From Lama guanicoe (Eukaryota), in assembly GCA_013239625.1 (NCBI GenBank), contig MU053881.1:6285957-6349956 (forward strand): a stretch of DNA of 64,000 bases. Reading direction: 5' to 3'. Under the pieces are notes generated by a model that was not told the origin of the DNA, searched no databases, and worked only from the letters and a program-made list of their open reading frames with translations. A program made the translations under genes and the position numbers. Each line of letters starts with the position of its first letter. The stretch's first letter is position 1. Positions 38,897-52,700 of this stretch are shown one piece after another.

Positions 38897-39234
38897 ATTT
38901 TTAACGGATACTTGTCAAAAATGATCACAACTCAGACATCAATAAAAAGGAATAGTGTAAAAGATCCAGAACATCTCTAGAAGGGGTTAGGGATACTGGC
39001 AGGTAGCAAACTAGGAAGGAGACCTTGTAGAGTGGTGAGGGAAACTGAAGGTGATTTTATGGAACTGGAGAAGGCAGCATGTCAAGTCAGATGGCTTGTA
39101 CGTGCTAGTTAGAGAACTCATGGTCAGGTTTACTTTGCTCACAGTCTCCTAGTTGGTTGCTCTAGTTTTTACCCCACCACTGGTGGGTACTGGAGTCCCA
39201 GGAACAGGGATGGTGACAACGATGAAGATAATAT

Positions 39235-39450
39235 GAGCAACTATCGTTTTCGAGTGCTTATTATATGCTTGGCACTTGCCAAGTACTTTATAAGCCTTAT
39301 CTCATTTAATGAGATATGATATGTTAACTCTGAGGCCAGTAGGTATTAATATCATAACTCTACCACTAAAAAAACTGAGGCTCAAAGAAGTTAAGTGATG
39401 TGTCTGTCTATTGAGTCACATAATTTACACATGAAAGAGGTGGGATGTAA
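39235..39450 (-). mobile_element. MIR
   Basis: aaaactgaggctcaaagaagttaagtga. Confidence 0.8.
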
Positions 39451-39834
39451 ACCCAAATAATAATGCCAAAGATGACTTAACCAATTTTTATATATGATCA
39501 TGAAATGCTCTAAAAATATAGTTAAATCAACACCAAATAGTATTAAACTATAAAACTTTTTATAAAGCACACATGAGAGCCTCAAACATGGCTTCATATT
39601 CATTCATGTTATCATAAAATCATATTCTTTAAATAATTTTTTCCATATAGTACTGAAATTTCTGACATTAATTTGATAAAATAGTATCATCTGAAAGTAA
39701 TTTTTAATTTTCTTTAGCTGCTCAGAAAAGATGAATGAATCATAATTTCACTTGTTCTTCAATATTTTTCATAGAATTAACACAAAATAACAGCAAATAT
39801 TTACTGAAATGTATATGTCAGTCATTGTGCTAAA

Positions 39835-40048
39835 CCAGGGTTTCTCAACCTCAGCCCTACTGATATTTTGGGCTGGATAATTTTTTGTTGTGGTGGGGCT
39901 GTCTTGCACATTGTAAAGTGCAAGCATGTCTGGCCTCCATCCACTAGATGCCAGTAGCACCCATTCCCCAAACTGTGACAACCAAAAATGTCTTTAACAT
40001 CGTCAAATGTCCTCTAGGAGATAAAATCATCCCTGGAAGGAACTACTG
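39835..40048. mobile_element. MER20-like hAT-Charlie element
   Basis: tttctcaacctcagccctactgatattttgggctggataattttttgttgtgg...ccactagatgccagtagcacc...gtgacaaccaaaaatgtct. Confidence 0.9.
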
Positions 40049-40049
40049 T

Positions 40050-40270
40050 GCTTGTGCTAACAAGCACTTTACGTACATTGACTAATTTAACGCTCACATC
40101 GACCATGAGATAGGTGCCGCTACAATTCCAGTTTTACAGTGAGGAAATTGAGGTGGCACCGTTAGGTGTCTTTGAGGCAAGAGAAGAAGTAAGTAGTAGA
40201 GTTAGGGTTTAAATTTAAGCAATTTAAGACGCCAGAAACTGTACTCTTACCCAGTATACTATACTATTTC
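40050..40270 (-). mobile_element. MIR
   Basis: ccagttttacagtgaggaaattgaggt. Confidence 0.7.
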
Positions 40271-40574
40271 TCTAATAAAATAAATTAAATTTCTCAGCCC
40301 TAAAAGAATTGTGAAGAATATTTTTTCCCCTGGTTTAACTTACTACCATCACCTGGGGGAAAGTTTAAAAGGGGAATATAAAACAAAGCTTACGCAGCTC
40401 CAATTTCCTCAACCTGTTCTTCTTAATACGGCATAGTTTAGAAGAAGCCCTTAGCTTTTGGGGGGCCATGAACTCCTTTGTGCATCTATTAAACATCCCA
40501 ACCCTCTCCCAGCCAAACATACAGGTACAACATTTTACATACTTTTTCTTTTTGGTGTTAGAGGATTTTACATG

Positions 40575-40780
40575 CAGAACTTGAGTTTAATGCCTGTTCC
40601 AACACTTACTAGAGCTAAATGACCGGAGGAAGTTATTTAACCATGTGATCCCCAGGCTTCCCTCAGTAAAATGAGGGAAAGAGCACTTATCCTACGTCAT
40701 TGTTGTGAGGCTTAAATTAATTACACGTGTAAAGCACCCGGCAGAGCACTGGCACCCAAAAGTCATACAATAAATGGCAT
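40575..40780 (+). mobile_element. MIR
   Basis: cacttactagagc...aagttatttaacc...ttgttgtgaggcttaaatt...taaagcacccggcagagcactggcac. Confidence 0.75.
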
Positions 40781-41235
40781 TCCTCCCTCGATATTTCTGT
40801 TTTCTTGTTCTGCTCTTCCTATAAAAGAAAGCCTCATCTACTTCTCAATATGCTCTACATTTTGGGGGCATATTGCTCCTCGTCTGTCTCCTCCTTCAAC
40901 TATGCGTGTCACACAAATTTGGTCTTTAGCCTTCTTTGTTATTGCTACTTGTTCACCTCACCTCAACGCCAAAGGTGAAAGGTAAAAGGGAAGAAAGAGA
41001 AGGAAATCTCCTTGGGGATGTGCTTCTTTTCCAGTATTAGAGGTAGAATCCCATGAGACTGTTGCAAGGAATAAGGAAAATCTTTGTGTAATGCTTGGCA
41101 TTGCATACTACAGGTGATTAATAAATGTTTATTCTTCCTTGTGGGGCCTATTAGACACAATATGGGGGCTCCTCTGAAATGCTGTCTTTTGAACACCTAA
41201 AAATCCACCTTAGTAATTAGAATGTTTTTCCCTAC

Positions 41236-41237
<2 letters not shown>

Positions 41238-41267
<30 letters not shown>
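41238..41267. repeat. (TG)n microsatellite
   Basis: Direct reading. Confidence 0.97.
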
Positions 41268-41270
<3 letters not shown>

Positions 41271-42779
41271 GTCTTTTTAAGGAAAGGTAAGGCATTACAC
41301 AGCCTAGAAACACTATTTTTAGGGAATGAAGTACAGAGCCCATCATGTGGCTTTCAGGAGAATAAATGTGACGTACTTGGGGTCTACCCCATTTACAATT
41401 TCACTTCTGTCAGGGCTACTTTTGGTGTGAGACTTTCTGAAGCTGTACAATTGGTTCTTTCTTGTTATTTTATCCAATCTCTATCACTCTGATAAAAAGG
41501 TCATTTAAAAATTTTTGGTATTATCAAAACATTTAGAAATCCCCAAAAGAGCTGCTTAAAAAGTTTACAGGGCCAGGGAACAGAGGAATGCTGGATAGAA
41601 ATAAGGGCAGGTCAACTCCTGGGGCTTTTAATTGGAATTTGTCCCTACAAGTTTATACCAAAGAAAAGCTTCTGCTTTCCTTCTGCGTTATATTAGAGAA
41701 GGAGAAAGGATTCTTGCTTAGGACAAGGTAAAAAGAAATACAGGTTTTATTTTAAAGCACAGATAATCTAAGAGATGAACACAGGCTTGGAGACAGAGGA
41801 TGGTAAGATGCTGGCTGAATCCAGAGTATGATGTCAGGAAAAATGACCCCCCAAAGACAACCTGCTTGAGAATTCTGATAAGAAAGAAAGCCTTAGGTTT
41901 CTTCAGAGCAATTGTAAGGTTACTAAGAAATCTGGCTTGACTTTTCTTCACACACAGAAACCCTAGTATTTAATGTCTAATCTTCATAGTATATGCCAAA
42001 GCATCTCTTGATAAAACAGTAGCTCTTCCAATTTAATATGCATGTACCACACAAATCATTTAATAGTGTATTTACTCACAAAAAGCCAAGTAAAACATAA
42101 AATGCTCTCCCAGCAGGCCACTTCTCCATCTAAGCCTGGAGCCAAAATCCATCGCAAGTGAAAATACTCAAGAGAAATAATAATATAAAAATCATGTGTC
42201 CTTCTCCTTCTCAGTTTCTATGAACCAATGCAGAGCACTACATGGTCTGTGACATCCAAAGAAGATGATGACAAAGGAAACTACAAATTATCCTGTCTCA
42301 CAGTAAGTCATAATGTCATTTCAAGCGAAGCAAAACACAAAAAGGGATTTCACAGAGTCAAACACTCGGTTTTAAAAGGTCCTCCAAATCTGATTTATGC
42401 TGTGTTGTGGCAGGCTAATACTCTAAAGGACAAAACACCTTTAACAAAACATATAATGAACTCTTGTTGCAGTTGGGGAAGGGGCTGAGGGCACCATTTG
42501 CAGATACCAGTAAGTGAAAGAGGCTGAGACGGCTAAAAGGCAAAATATAGTTTGTATCTTTTTCCCTCTAGGATGAAGACACTGCCACAAGAATAACTTT
42601 CTTGAAATATGTAAATGATCTGTCACTCCTCTTACCTAATTAAAAGTCTTGACTGGTACCCACTTTCCTACATGATAAACCTTTCCTTGACTAACTATGG
42701 AGTACTCTTCCTAATCTGGCCCTTCCCAACTATAGTGATGACCGCTCCCCTAACTTCCACTATATTCACTATATTTACC

Positions 42780-43110
42780 CACCCCATCAAGCCCCAAGAC
42801 ATGGGCTGATCATGTCATACTTTCATATCACCATGGCTTTGCATACACTGTTGCTTCAGCAGGGAACAGTCATCCTCCACTTTTCAACCTGGCAAAATCA
42901 TTTCTGTCTTTAAGACCCAGTTCAAATGTAATTTCTCATGGAATGCTTTTCTTGACTTCTTTCACATGGCACTACATAAACTTCCTTTGTTATATTGTGC
43001 TGTCAATTATTTGTTTGTCTATCTATTTCTTCCACTAGTCTGTAAACTCTAAGCTTAGTGACAGGGACAGAACAAATATTCAATAAATGTTTATTGAAGG
43101 AATGAATAAA
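42780..43110 (+). mobile_element. L2 3' end
   Basis: ctttgcatacactgttgct...tttaagacccagttcaaatg...ttcaataaatgtttattgaaggaatgaat. Confidence 0.8.
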
Positions 43111-44094
43111 CTAGTCCAGCAAGGGAGATTACCTTGGAAAGGTAATTTGCTTTTCTGGGTCTTAAATTGCTATTTGTAAAATTAGAAAATGGCAAAAACT
43201 ACAATAACAACAAAAAACCAAACCACCACTGTATACACGTGAAAGCTTTTCTTCAAATAAGAGCTTACCTGGAAGCCTAACACAGATTAAAGCAGAGTGC
43301 TGTTTCATGAAAGGGGATGATGACTGGCCTAGCTCCTCTTCCCACTGCCCCAAATCACAGAGCAAGTTGGAAAACTTATGGACTACATGTTTTATGTTTT
43401 CTTCCAGTTTTAATAGTCTATGATTCTTTGATGTTATTCAGTATTTCAAACCGGGCATACAAGGATTATTAAGTGGAAAAATACCATTGTTCTATTGTCC
43501 TTTAGGTATGAAAACATCAATTTAGAACCATATTTTCCCATAGAGAATTATTTTGTAGGTAAATCAAATCTCAATTCACTAACTGTCCTACAAAACTGAG
43601 TAATAAACAAACTTTAAATACAACCTTCCTTAGTTGAACTCCTGCATTTGAATATACTTATTCCTTGATCTTGTCTTGGTCTTCATTTAGGAGACCATCA
43701 GTAAAAGGTCCTCTCTAACACATTCATTTCCAGCAGAGAAAAGAGGGAAAGAAAATAAATACTTCTTAGAAACTTTGCATGTATTTCTTAAATCAATGGT
43801 AGGAGGAAGAATCAGGTGGAGATGAGCAAAGACTGTCTGTCATGGGAAGAGAATGGCCTCATGGCTATCCTAAAATGATAAGCAGTCAACTATTTTTCAT
43901 TCATTCATTCGATTTTATAAAACTAGATTGGGATAGAGGACAGAGGGAAGACACAGGTAGTGAGGAACAGTCTGGACTTGGAAGAGGCTGTCATATCTTC
44001 ATGACATAAGAACATGACTTCCACAGTAAGGTAAGGATAAGATGAAGAGATTCTTGGGTAAAGAGCAGATGCCTACCTCAAAATACTAGGGGAT

Positions 44095-44290
44095 TTTTTT
44101 TTAATTGGCTATAATTTACATACAATAAAATTTATCCTTTTCAAAACTTTACAGTTTTATGAGTTTTGACAAATGTAATAGTTGTGTAACCACCACCATA
44201 ATCAAGATATATATCAATACACCTATATCAATCATTTCATCACCCCCAAAAGTTCCCTTGGACCTCACTATGGTCAACTTCACTCCAATA
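44095..44290 (-). mobile_element. Old L1M 3' terminus
   Basis: ataatttacatacaataaa...tgagttttgacaaatg...gtaaccaccaccataatcaagata...catcacccccaaaagttccc. Confidence 0.8.
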
Positions 44291-44539
44291 CCTCTACTTA
44301 GGAATTTTTGAGTCCAACAGGACTTGTATCAGAGAAACAAAAGATTGAACATCAAAAAAGATTTGGATTAGAGTTTCTTAAACTGGGACATGATATGATT
44401 ATCTGCTCTTTAGAGCCCAAACTCTGCTCATAGAATGGCTAATCTAACATCGGGCAATTGTATTCAGCTACAGTTCCAGTTCCACCTCTTAGCACAGTAT
44501 ATATAGCTTATTCTTTTATTAATAATAAATGTTCAACTG

Positions 44540-45454
44540 AATTTGATAAATGTGAGCTTGATAAATATTCCAACATGTATCAGGCACTGTGCTAGAAGCT
44601 GGCATAAACAAAATCAAACACATCCCCATTCTCATGGAGGTTACAGTTCTAGTGAAGAAGACAGATATTAATCAAATAATCACAGACATAACCATTATTA
44701 CAAACTGTGAGAGCTGCTATAATGGAAGTGCACAAGTATATAAAAAGATAACCACCTGGTCTGAAAGATCAGGGAGGACTTCTATGATGAAGTGATATTT
44801 AGCTGAGAGCTGAAGGGTGAGTAGGAATCAACTGGGTGAAAATGAGGTTGGGAGAAACAGAAAAGAATGTTTCAGACAAAAGAAACAACATGTTTAAAGG
44901 CCTGGAGTTACATAAGAGTGAGGTGCTTCTAAAGGTCTTAAAGAAGTAGGCTGGCTAGGAAAGGGTTACATGAAGTTAAAATAGTAGGTTGAGGCTAGAT
45001 TAATAAGGGCCATGTAGCAATGTGGAGTTGACTTATATCCTAAAAACAATGGGAAGCTATTTAAACAGGTGGAAAGACAGAATCAGATTAATCTTCTTGA
45101 AAAGATTACTCTGGCTGCAATGTATAAGACAGGCTGAAAGCATAGGTAGGAGGGCAAGAACAGAAAGGGTAGTGTAAGAACCCAAGTCAACAGATAGTAA
45201 TCTGGACTAGGGCTATAGAGGAGGAGATAGAAAAGGATAGACTGGGGAGAGATTCATGAGGTTAAAAAAGAAAAAAGAATTTGGTGAGAATGAGTGAGGA
45301 AGAAATGAAATAAAAATGAATCCTCGTAGGGAACTATATTCATTATCTTATAGTAACTTATGGTGAATAAGAATATGAAAATGAATATATATATGTTCAT
45401 GTATGACTGAAGCATTATGCTGTACACCAGAAATTGACACGCTGTAAACTGATT

Positions 45455-45491
<37 letters not shown>

Positions 45492-45600
45492 TGCATACAT
45501 ACATATACATATACAGAAAAAAAGGATTCCTAAGTTTCTGACTTATGGCAGAATGGTGCCATTCACCAAAGGAACTACAGTGGAAGAAGTCAAGTTTATT
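44540..45600 (-). mobile_element. L2 (L2a-like), interrupted by a young L1 fragment
   Basis: caggcactgtgctagaagctgg...ctcatggaggttacagttctagtg...gaaaagattactctggctgcaatgt; resumes at gtttctgactt...atggtgccattcacc. Confidence 0.85.
45327..45517 (+). mobile_element. Short lineage-specific L1 3' end with (CA)n tail
   Basis: agggaactatattca...gtatgactgaagcattatgctgtacaccagaaattgacac; degenerate TSD aaaaatgaatcct / aaaaaggattcct. Confidence 0.88.
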
Positions 45601-45759
45601 TCAGTAAATCTTATTGGGTGTCTACCACGCACCAGGCACCGAGGATCCCAATTCAGGATAAGCATATAGACAACTCTCATATAATGGGATAAGAGTCATG
45701 ACACAGGTAAGCACAGAGAGAAAGGATGCCCAAGCATCTCTTTCCCACTCTCCTCCCAC

Positions 45760-48700
45760 TATCCTACTGAGTTGATTTTTGTATAGGATGTGAGATACGT
45801 CATATTTTTGCATTCAGACATCCAACTGACCTAGAATCCTATTTGAAAAAGACAAAAGCCTTTCTCCAGTAAATTTCCTTTGCATCTTTGTAAAAATCGG
45901 TGAAGTATATTTGTGTGGGTCTATTTCTGATTTCCTATTACGTTCCACTGATATATAGGTCTGTATTTTTTGCCAGTACTACATTCCCCTGATTATTGCA
46001 GCTTTATGGTAAGTTTTGAAGTTGGCTGTGTAATTCTGTTCTTCCCCAAAGCTGTCTTGACTATTCTTGTTCCTGTGCATTCCCAGATAAACTGTGGAAT
46101 CACTTTGTTGATATCTACAACAAATCCTCTTAGGATTCTGACTGGAAATGTAGTGAGTCTATAGGTTAATCTGAGCAAGAATTAATACCTTAACAATACT
46201 GAATCTTCTGATCATGAATCTTGTGTGTATCTCCTTTTATTTAGGTCTTTGGTTTCTTTTATCAGCTTTAAAAGTTTAGCGTACAGATCCTACACGTTAG
46301 CTTTACACAAATGAGGGTTATTATTTTAAAAAGAACTTTACAAAATCAAATTTCAGTTGTTCATTGCTAGTATATAGAAATGCAATTGAGTTTTGTATAT
46401 TGACTTTGCATTCTGCAACCTTGCTAATATCATTTTTCAGTTTCAGGACTTTTTTCTTTTTTTTTAGATTTCTGGGCATTTTCTCTATAACCATGTCATC
46501 TGAATAGAGACGGTTTTATTTCTTCCTTTCCGATATGTGCATTTAAAATTTTCTGTCTCACTGAACCAGATAGGACTCTTGGTATGACGCTGATTAGGAA
46601 TGGTGAGAAGGACATCCTTGCCTTGTTACTGATCTTAGAGGGAAAGCATTGTCTTTCAGTACTAAGTATGATGCTGGTTTTTCACAGGCAGCCTTGATCA
46701 GATTAAGGAATTCTATTATTCTTTATATTCTCCATTCTTCTATTCCTGGATGACTGAATTATTACTAAGAATGAGTACTGAAAATTTTTCTGCATCTGTT
46801 GAGATGATCATATTGGTCTTTCTTCTTTAGCTTAAGGTGAATTACCTTGACTGATTTTTAAATGTTGAACCAGCCATGAACTTCTGGGATAATTCCATTA
46901 AGTTGTGCTGTATAACCAGTTAATATATTGGATTTGATCCACAAATATTTTGTTGAGAATTTCTGAGTCTATAATCGTGAAGGATATTGATTGCTAGTTT
47001 TCTTATTTTGTAATATCTTTGATTTTGGAATAGGGTTTCATAAAATGAGCTGGTAAGTATTTCTTTCCCTTCTATTTTCTGCAAGAGATTGTGTAGAATT
47101 AGGATTATTTTTTCCTTGTATGTTGAGTAGAATTCTCCAGTAAAACAATCTGGGTCTGGAGTTTTCTTTATTGGGAGGTTTTAAACTATGAATTTAGTTT
47201 CTATCATAGATATAAAACTATTCTGGCTATTTATTTCTTCTTGAATAAATTTTGGTAGTTTATGAATCACAGAAATGGCCTCTCTAATCTAAGTTGTCAA
47301 ATTGTTTTACTTTATTATCCTTTAAATGTCTGTGGAATCTGTACTGATATCCGTGTTTTCAATCTTGATGTTAATTTGTCTTTTTTTCCCCCTTGGCCGT
47401 TTAGATATTTATCAATTTTACCTTTCAACTAGATTTTGGTTTCAGTGATTTTCTCTGTTGTTCTTCTGTTTTCAATTTAATTGATTCATGCTCTTATCTT
47501 TATTTTTTGCTCTCTTTTTCTTGCTCTGAATTTATTTTGCTCATTTTTAAAATCAGCGGTATGCAACCTATGATCCAAGGGCCAAACCTGGCCTGTGACC
47601 TTTTTCCCTATGGTCCTTGAACTAAAAATGGTTTTCATATTTTTTAAAAGGTGTAAACATAAAACGAGAACAAAAAAGGAATAACATGTGCCAGAGACCA
47701 TATGTGGCCTGCAAAGCCTGAAATATTTACTACCTGGACTTTGACAGACAAAGCACTTACCCCTGTTCTAGATCACTGATTTGAACCTTTTCTGCTTTTT
47801 CTAATATGATTATTTAATGTTATAAAGTTTAATCTAAGTACTTCTTTAGCAATTTATTGTATCCCACAAATTAAAACATGTTAGATTATAATTTCATTTC
47901 CATTCAGTTTAAAATATTTTTTATTTACCTGGAGAGTCCCTCTTTGATCCATGGACTACTTGGAAGTGGCTATTTTATTTCTAAATATTTGGTAATTTTC
48001 TAGATATCCTTTTGTTATTACTTTCAAGTTTAATTTTTTTTAATGGTCTGAAATCATACTTTAAAGGATTTCTATTCCTTTAATTTGTTAACATTTGTTT
48101 TATGGTCCAAAATATGATCTATCTTGGTGAATGTATCATGTGCATGTGAAGAGAATTTATATTGTACTGTTGTTAGATGAAGTGTTCTACAAATGGTAAT
48201 TAGGTCAAATTGGTTGACACTATAATTCATGAAAAAAATCAAAAGAATAACCATTCAAAAGCTATGTTTTTTTCCTTTTAATTTTTTGACATTCTTTTTT
48301 TTCTATTTGTGTTTCAGTTTGGGTAATCTCTCTTGATCAACCTTCAAGTTCACTGATTCTTTCCTCAATTGTGTTAAGTGTGCTGATGAGGTCCTTGAAG
48401 GCATTCTTCATCTCTGTTAAAGAGTTTCCCATTTTCAGCATTTATATTGAACTCTTTCTTATAATTTTCAACTCTGCTGATATTACCCATCTGGTCTTGC
48501 ATGTTGTCCACCTTTATCATTAGAATCTTTAACATATTAATCATAGTTATCTTAAGTTCCTTGTCATACTATTCTAACATGTGTCATAGCTGGGTCTGGT
48601 TTTCTTATCTGCTTTGTCTCTTGTCAGTGGGTTGCTTCTTTTTTTTTTTCCTTTCTTATAACTTTTGCTGAAAGTCAGACTTTTTGTAGTTTTTGCTCCT

Positions 48701-49790
48701 GGAAATGGGTGCATCTTTCTTCTAGGTCTTTTGTGTGAAGCTTTAATAGTTAAGAGCTGGGTTGAGTCTAATTTTTTTTTTGTTGTATAATTACCCACTG
48801 TATATCACAGGGTTCAAGTTACTCTATCGATATTTTTTATTTAGAATGGGGGCTGGTTCTCGAGGTATTTTCTCAACGTCTGTGTCACCCTCAGCATTAG
48901 GTTTCTCCTTTGTGCTGTGCCTGAGACATTATCTGTCTTAATGTTCTTATAACTCTCCTAACAATATTCCATTATTCCATTATTACTTGTTACCTGATGC
49001 TTGTTAGTCTGGTGATGGGGAATGGCAGAGTCTTCTCTGTTGTTTTGATTAGGTCTCAGTCTTGTGCAGGCACTGTGTCTCTAGGTCATGGAGATATGAC
49101 CTTCTCCTGCCCCTCCTGTAGCCCGTATTTCTGGACTCAGCACATATTCCTGTCCCTGCTCCCAGACTGAGCAGAGTTGTTTTCCCATGCCCCCACTCCC
49201 ACCTTGTGCCCTTACATTGGCTGCAATAGGGTTTCCTTGGTTGCCTTTTTTACTACGTAAATTAATCCTTTTTTTTTTCCAGTAGGAGAGAGAGAGAAAA
49301 AGGGCCAGATGGAGTTTAGTGCCCCTGCCACTGATATTCCCCTCCTCTAGGCCTGTACCTTGAAGGATGCTTTCTCAGGACACTTGCCAATATCTTTTTG
49401 GGGTGGGAGGGCCTTCCTGGTGGGGTGTGTGAAGAGAGAGCCTGAAAGAGTGTACAAAATCCACATATATCTAAGGTTGTCAGGGGCTCCACCTTCTCTT
49501 GTCAGCACATACTGGACCTCCATCAATTCTTTAAACTGTTCTAGCCCAATCATTTCTAATGGTGTTTGCTGTGCCTGACTCAAGTAAAAAAAGTACTTGT
49601 GTTTCTTCTCTCCTAGTAGGCATCTATCTCTTCGTAGATTTTAGGCTATTTGGTTGCTCTGTAACAGCTCTCTGAAAGGTTCAAGAAAAGTCCTAAACTT
49701 GCAGTTTGTCCAGCTTTTTTGCTGTTGTAAGGGTGGGAGTGATGTGTCTTCCTGCTTTCTACAGTCCCAAACAAAAACTAGAAGCCTACT
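45760..49790 (-). mobile_element. Old, internally deleted L1M (ORF2, ORF1 and 5' region remnants)
   Basis: Minus-strand remnants such as FTKIDHILDHKTNVNK (endonuclease region) and FVVDINKVIPQFIWECTGTRIVKT; ORF1-like tcttcaagttcactgattctttcctc. Confidence 0.85.
47554..47765. mobile_element. MER58A-like hAT-Charlie element nested in L1M
   Basis: gggccaaacctggcctg...tatgtggcctgcaaagcctgaaatatttactacctgg...ttacccctg. Confidence 0.85.
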
Positions 49791-52700
49791 GTTTATAGTC
49801 CTAGAATTTGAGTCAAAATGGTCTCAGAGGCCATCTGCTTCATTAATTTATTTTACAAATGAGAATACTGAAATTCAGAAAGAAAACAAATGACTTCTTT
49901 GGATATTTAGTGACAGAGTCAGGGCAATTTTACTTATTTACACAGTGATTCATTATATACAGTATTTGGAGTGATATATAGGAAAGCCAGACGTTAAAAA
50001 AGTTAGAGAAGAATTAAAATAAAACATGAAGATGAGGTATAACAAAAGTTGAATTAGAGTGTATAGACGGGGGTGGGGTGAGGGAGAATAATCAAAAGTC
50101 ATAAAAGCAGACTATAAGGTTTGACACAATGGTATAGTTGAGCCATAAGTTGGTGCCAAACTTCCAGATGTCCAAAATGAAAAAGTAAAGATTATTTTAT
50201 AGTCTTTATTATCTATTAGAGAAATATATATGCATGTCTTAAGCAATAGAATCATATCCTAGTGCTAAATTTTAAAATAAATTTTACCTATGTGGTTGGT
50301 TTCACATAGAGACCAGTAAGATTTAAGATGGGATAATGATCTCAACAGCATCCCTGAAGCAAATAAAAGTTTTATACAAATGTTGAAGTTAGACCTTATA
50401 TAGAAGTGTTTAGTCTTCAAGTCTAAACCGATTTTTACTCAGTATGCACTTTATTCCACAGAAATTCACTAGGATAGTCTGCTATTATACAAACTATTAA
50501 TGATCACTAGTGACTCAGTTAACATCAAAATAGGTTATGCTCTAGGTTACAAAATTCTTTCAAATTAGAAGGGTCCTCATAACCTTATCTCATCATCTGA
50601 TTTTAGTTACAAAATAGATCATGACAAACATTTCCTTGTGAAAAATATAAATATAGGAAAGGTCAATTCCTACCTGGTTTAAAAAGAAGTTTTTAAAAAC
50701 TCAGCTAAGCTGAGAAGATATTTTCTCTTTAGGATACTACTGATGTCAAAAAGGAAACTATAAATATTTTAAGATAATTCCTAGGAATAAAAAACCAAAG
50801 AAAAACAAAAGTCGTAAGTCTTCCTGCCCTGTCAACAATTTACTGGAGTGAAAAAGACTCAAAATCTAGATGGAAATATTGGAAGAAATCACCAGGAAAA
50901 AGAAAATGTAGAATCACTTTAGGGATAAGATTTCTTACAATTGCTCAAACTATATAACTTCACAGCTCCAAGTTTCAAGCCTATGATACACTTTTATTTT
51001 ATTTTATATATATCAAATTAATTTAAAATTACTAATTAGCCACTGAAGGTAGAGTGAGTAGAAAAGACTCAGAGTAGGACGTAACACAAATCTATGTATA
51101 CCAAAACACTTATAGGGACTCCAGTTGAACATGACTGTAACTATAAATTAAAAAAAAAAAAGTTTCCAAAATGACAGTCTGAGTCTCACTTTAAGAACAG
51201 TCCTGTCAGCCTCTGAAAAAACACAAGATTAGGTTTTGGATACTGTTCAAAATGTGTTTGCTGAAAGTGTGGGAAGACCACCTCTTTACCATACAATCTT
51301 ACCTAAAATGGATCCTGCATTATGGACCCAGGAGACAGGATTAAAGAGAGAGTCTCTCTCTTTCTCTCTCTAACAAAAGAAAAAGAAAAAGAAAAAAAGG
51401 TGGGGGAGTTTTGACTAAAATGAAATTTTATATAAATATGCAGATATGTTATATACAGGTATCTATTACAAATATGAACACCCAGTTCATATTCTTGGGC
51501 ATCCTGACAAGGAGAAATTAATTTCACTTCTCATTTGGCATTAGCTAACTCATGTTTGAAAAAAGTAAACATTTATTAATAATCCTCATATGAGAAAATA
51601 CTTAAATTGAAGAGAAAGAATGTTATTTGGGATCTATAATCCTGTGGCCTTTCAGCTGGAATGCTTGTTGATCTTAATGAGAGAAATTATTTGGTTCAAG
51701 AATCAACTAAACAGAAATTAAAATGAACATAAATGCACAAGAACAAAATTAACTGTATGTGGCAAATGCATGCCTCATAGCACCTGTCCTCACATGTAGA
51801 AAAGAACATCAGCCTTTGACTGATTATTTCTTTTTGACATGATTTATCACCCGGTATTCTTTAAACTTGATAAAGCAAATTAATCTTTGATTGCAGGCGG
51901 CACTGGAGGTTGCCATTAGTCATGTAGTTTGGTGAGGTTCCTTGTGTTTCATTTACCAGGCACACAGAAAGAGAGCCCAGAAGCAATTGCCTCAGCTTTG
52001 ACTTCTTTCCCAATCCACCCAGGAGAAATGATCAAAGAATTCAATATACGGTATTTTAAATTACTTCTATAGAACTGACCAACAAGGGGAAAAAAAGAAT
52101 TTTCTCTTTATCTTATTTTTATAATTATTTTTTAACCAAGGACAAAGGAACATTTACAATTTGTGATTTTAACATTAACAACTCAAATTAGACTTTTGTT
52201 TCTTTGTTTATTGTGGGGACAAGGAGTAGGGTAGGGAGGGAGTAATTAAAAATTACAGTTTTAAAAGCCAGAATTTTAAGAAAGAAGAAACATTCAGGAA
52301 TCTACTATACAGGAATACAGAAAGAGCAGACAGATACTCAATGTCTATTATTGAATGGAATACATATTCAATGAAAAGATTCTTATATCAAAACCATCAC
52401 TCCCATCCTATACTGAAAAAGAAGTATCTTCTAAATTAGTAAACAATCCATCCTAAATATTATCCAATTTTTGCTTTTAAAAAAATCAGTACACGGTGAT
52501 AGGAAACCTGTCATGACTTTTAAAGCTTATTATTTTTGAGTTTATTATTTTATAATTTAACATTCAAAGAGCACTACATTGGCCTCATACTCACCATTAC
52601 TCATCCTACTATCTCAGTGTGCAGAAGTAAGAGATTTATCTGATGAAACAACTACCAGGGAATATTGTCTGACTTGGAACTTTTCGGCTTTCTGCTTTTG

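Noticed and set aside
38629..38928. Three 84-99 aa low-complexity ORFs
   Set aside because: Translations of the GAAA/GGAA microsatellite.
39298..39316. Palindrome tatctcatt-t-aatgagata (also aaagagagag-t-ctctctcttt near 51343)
   Set aside because: Too short for a pre-miRNA; lies in MIR or simple-repeat sequence.
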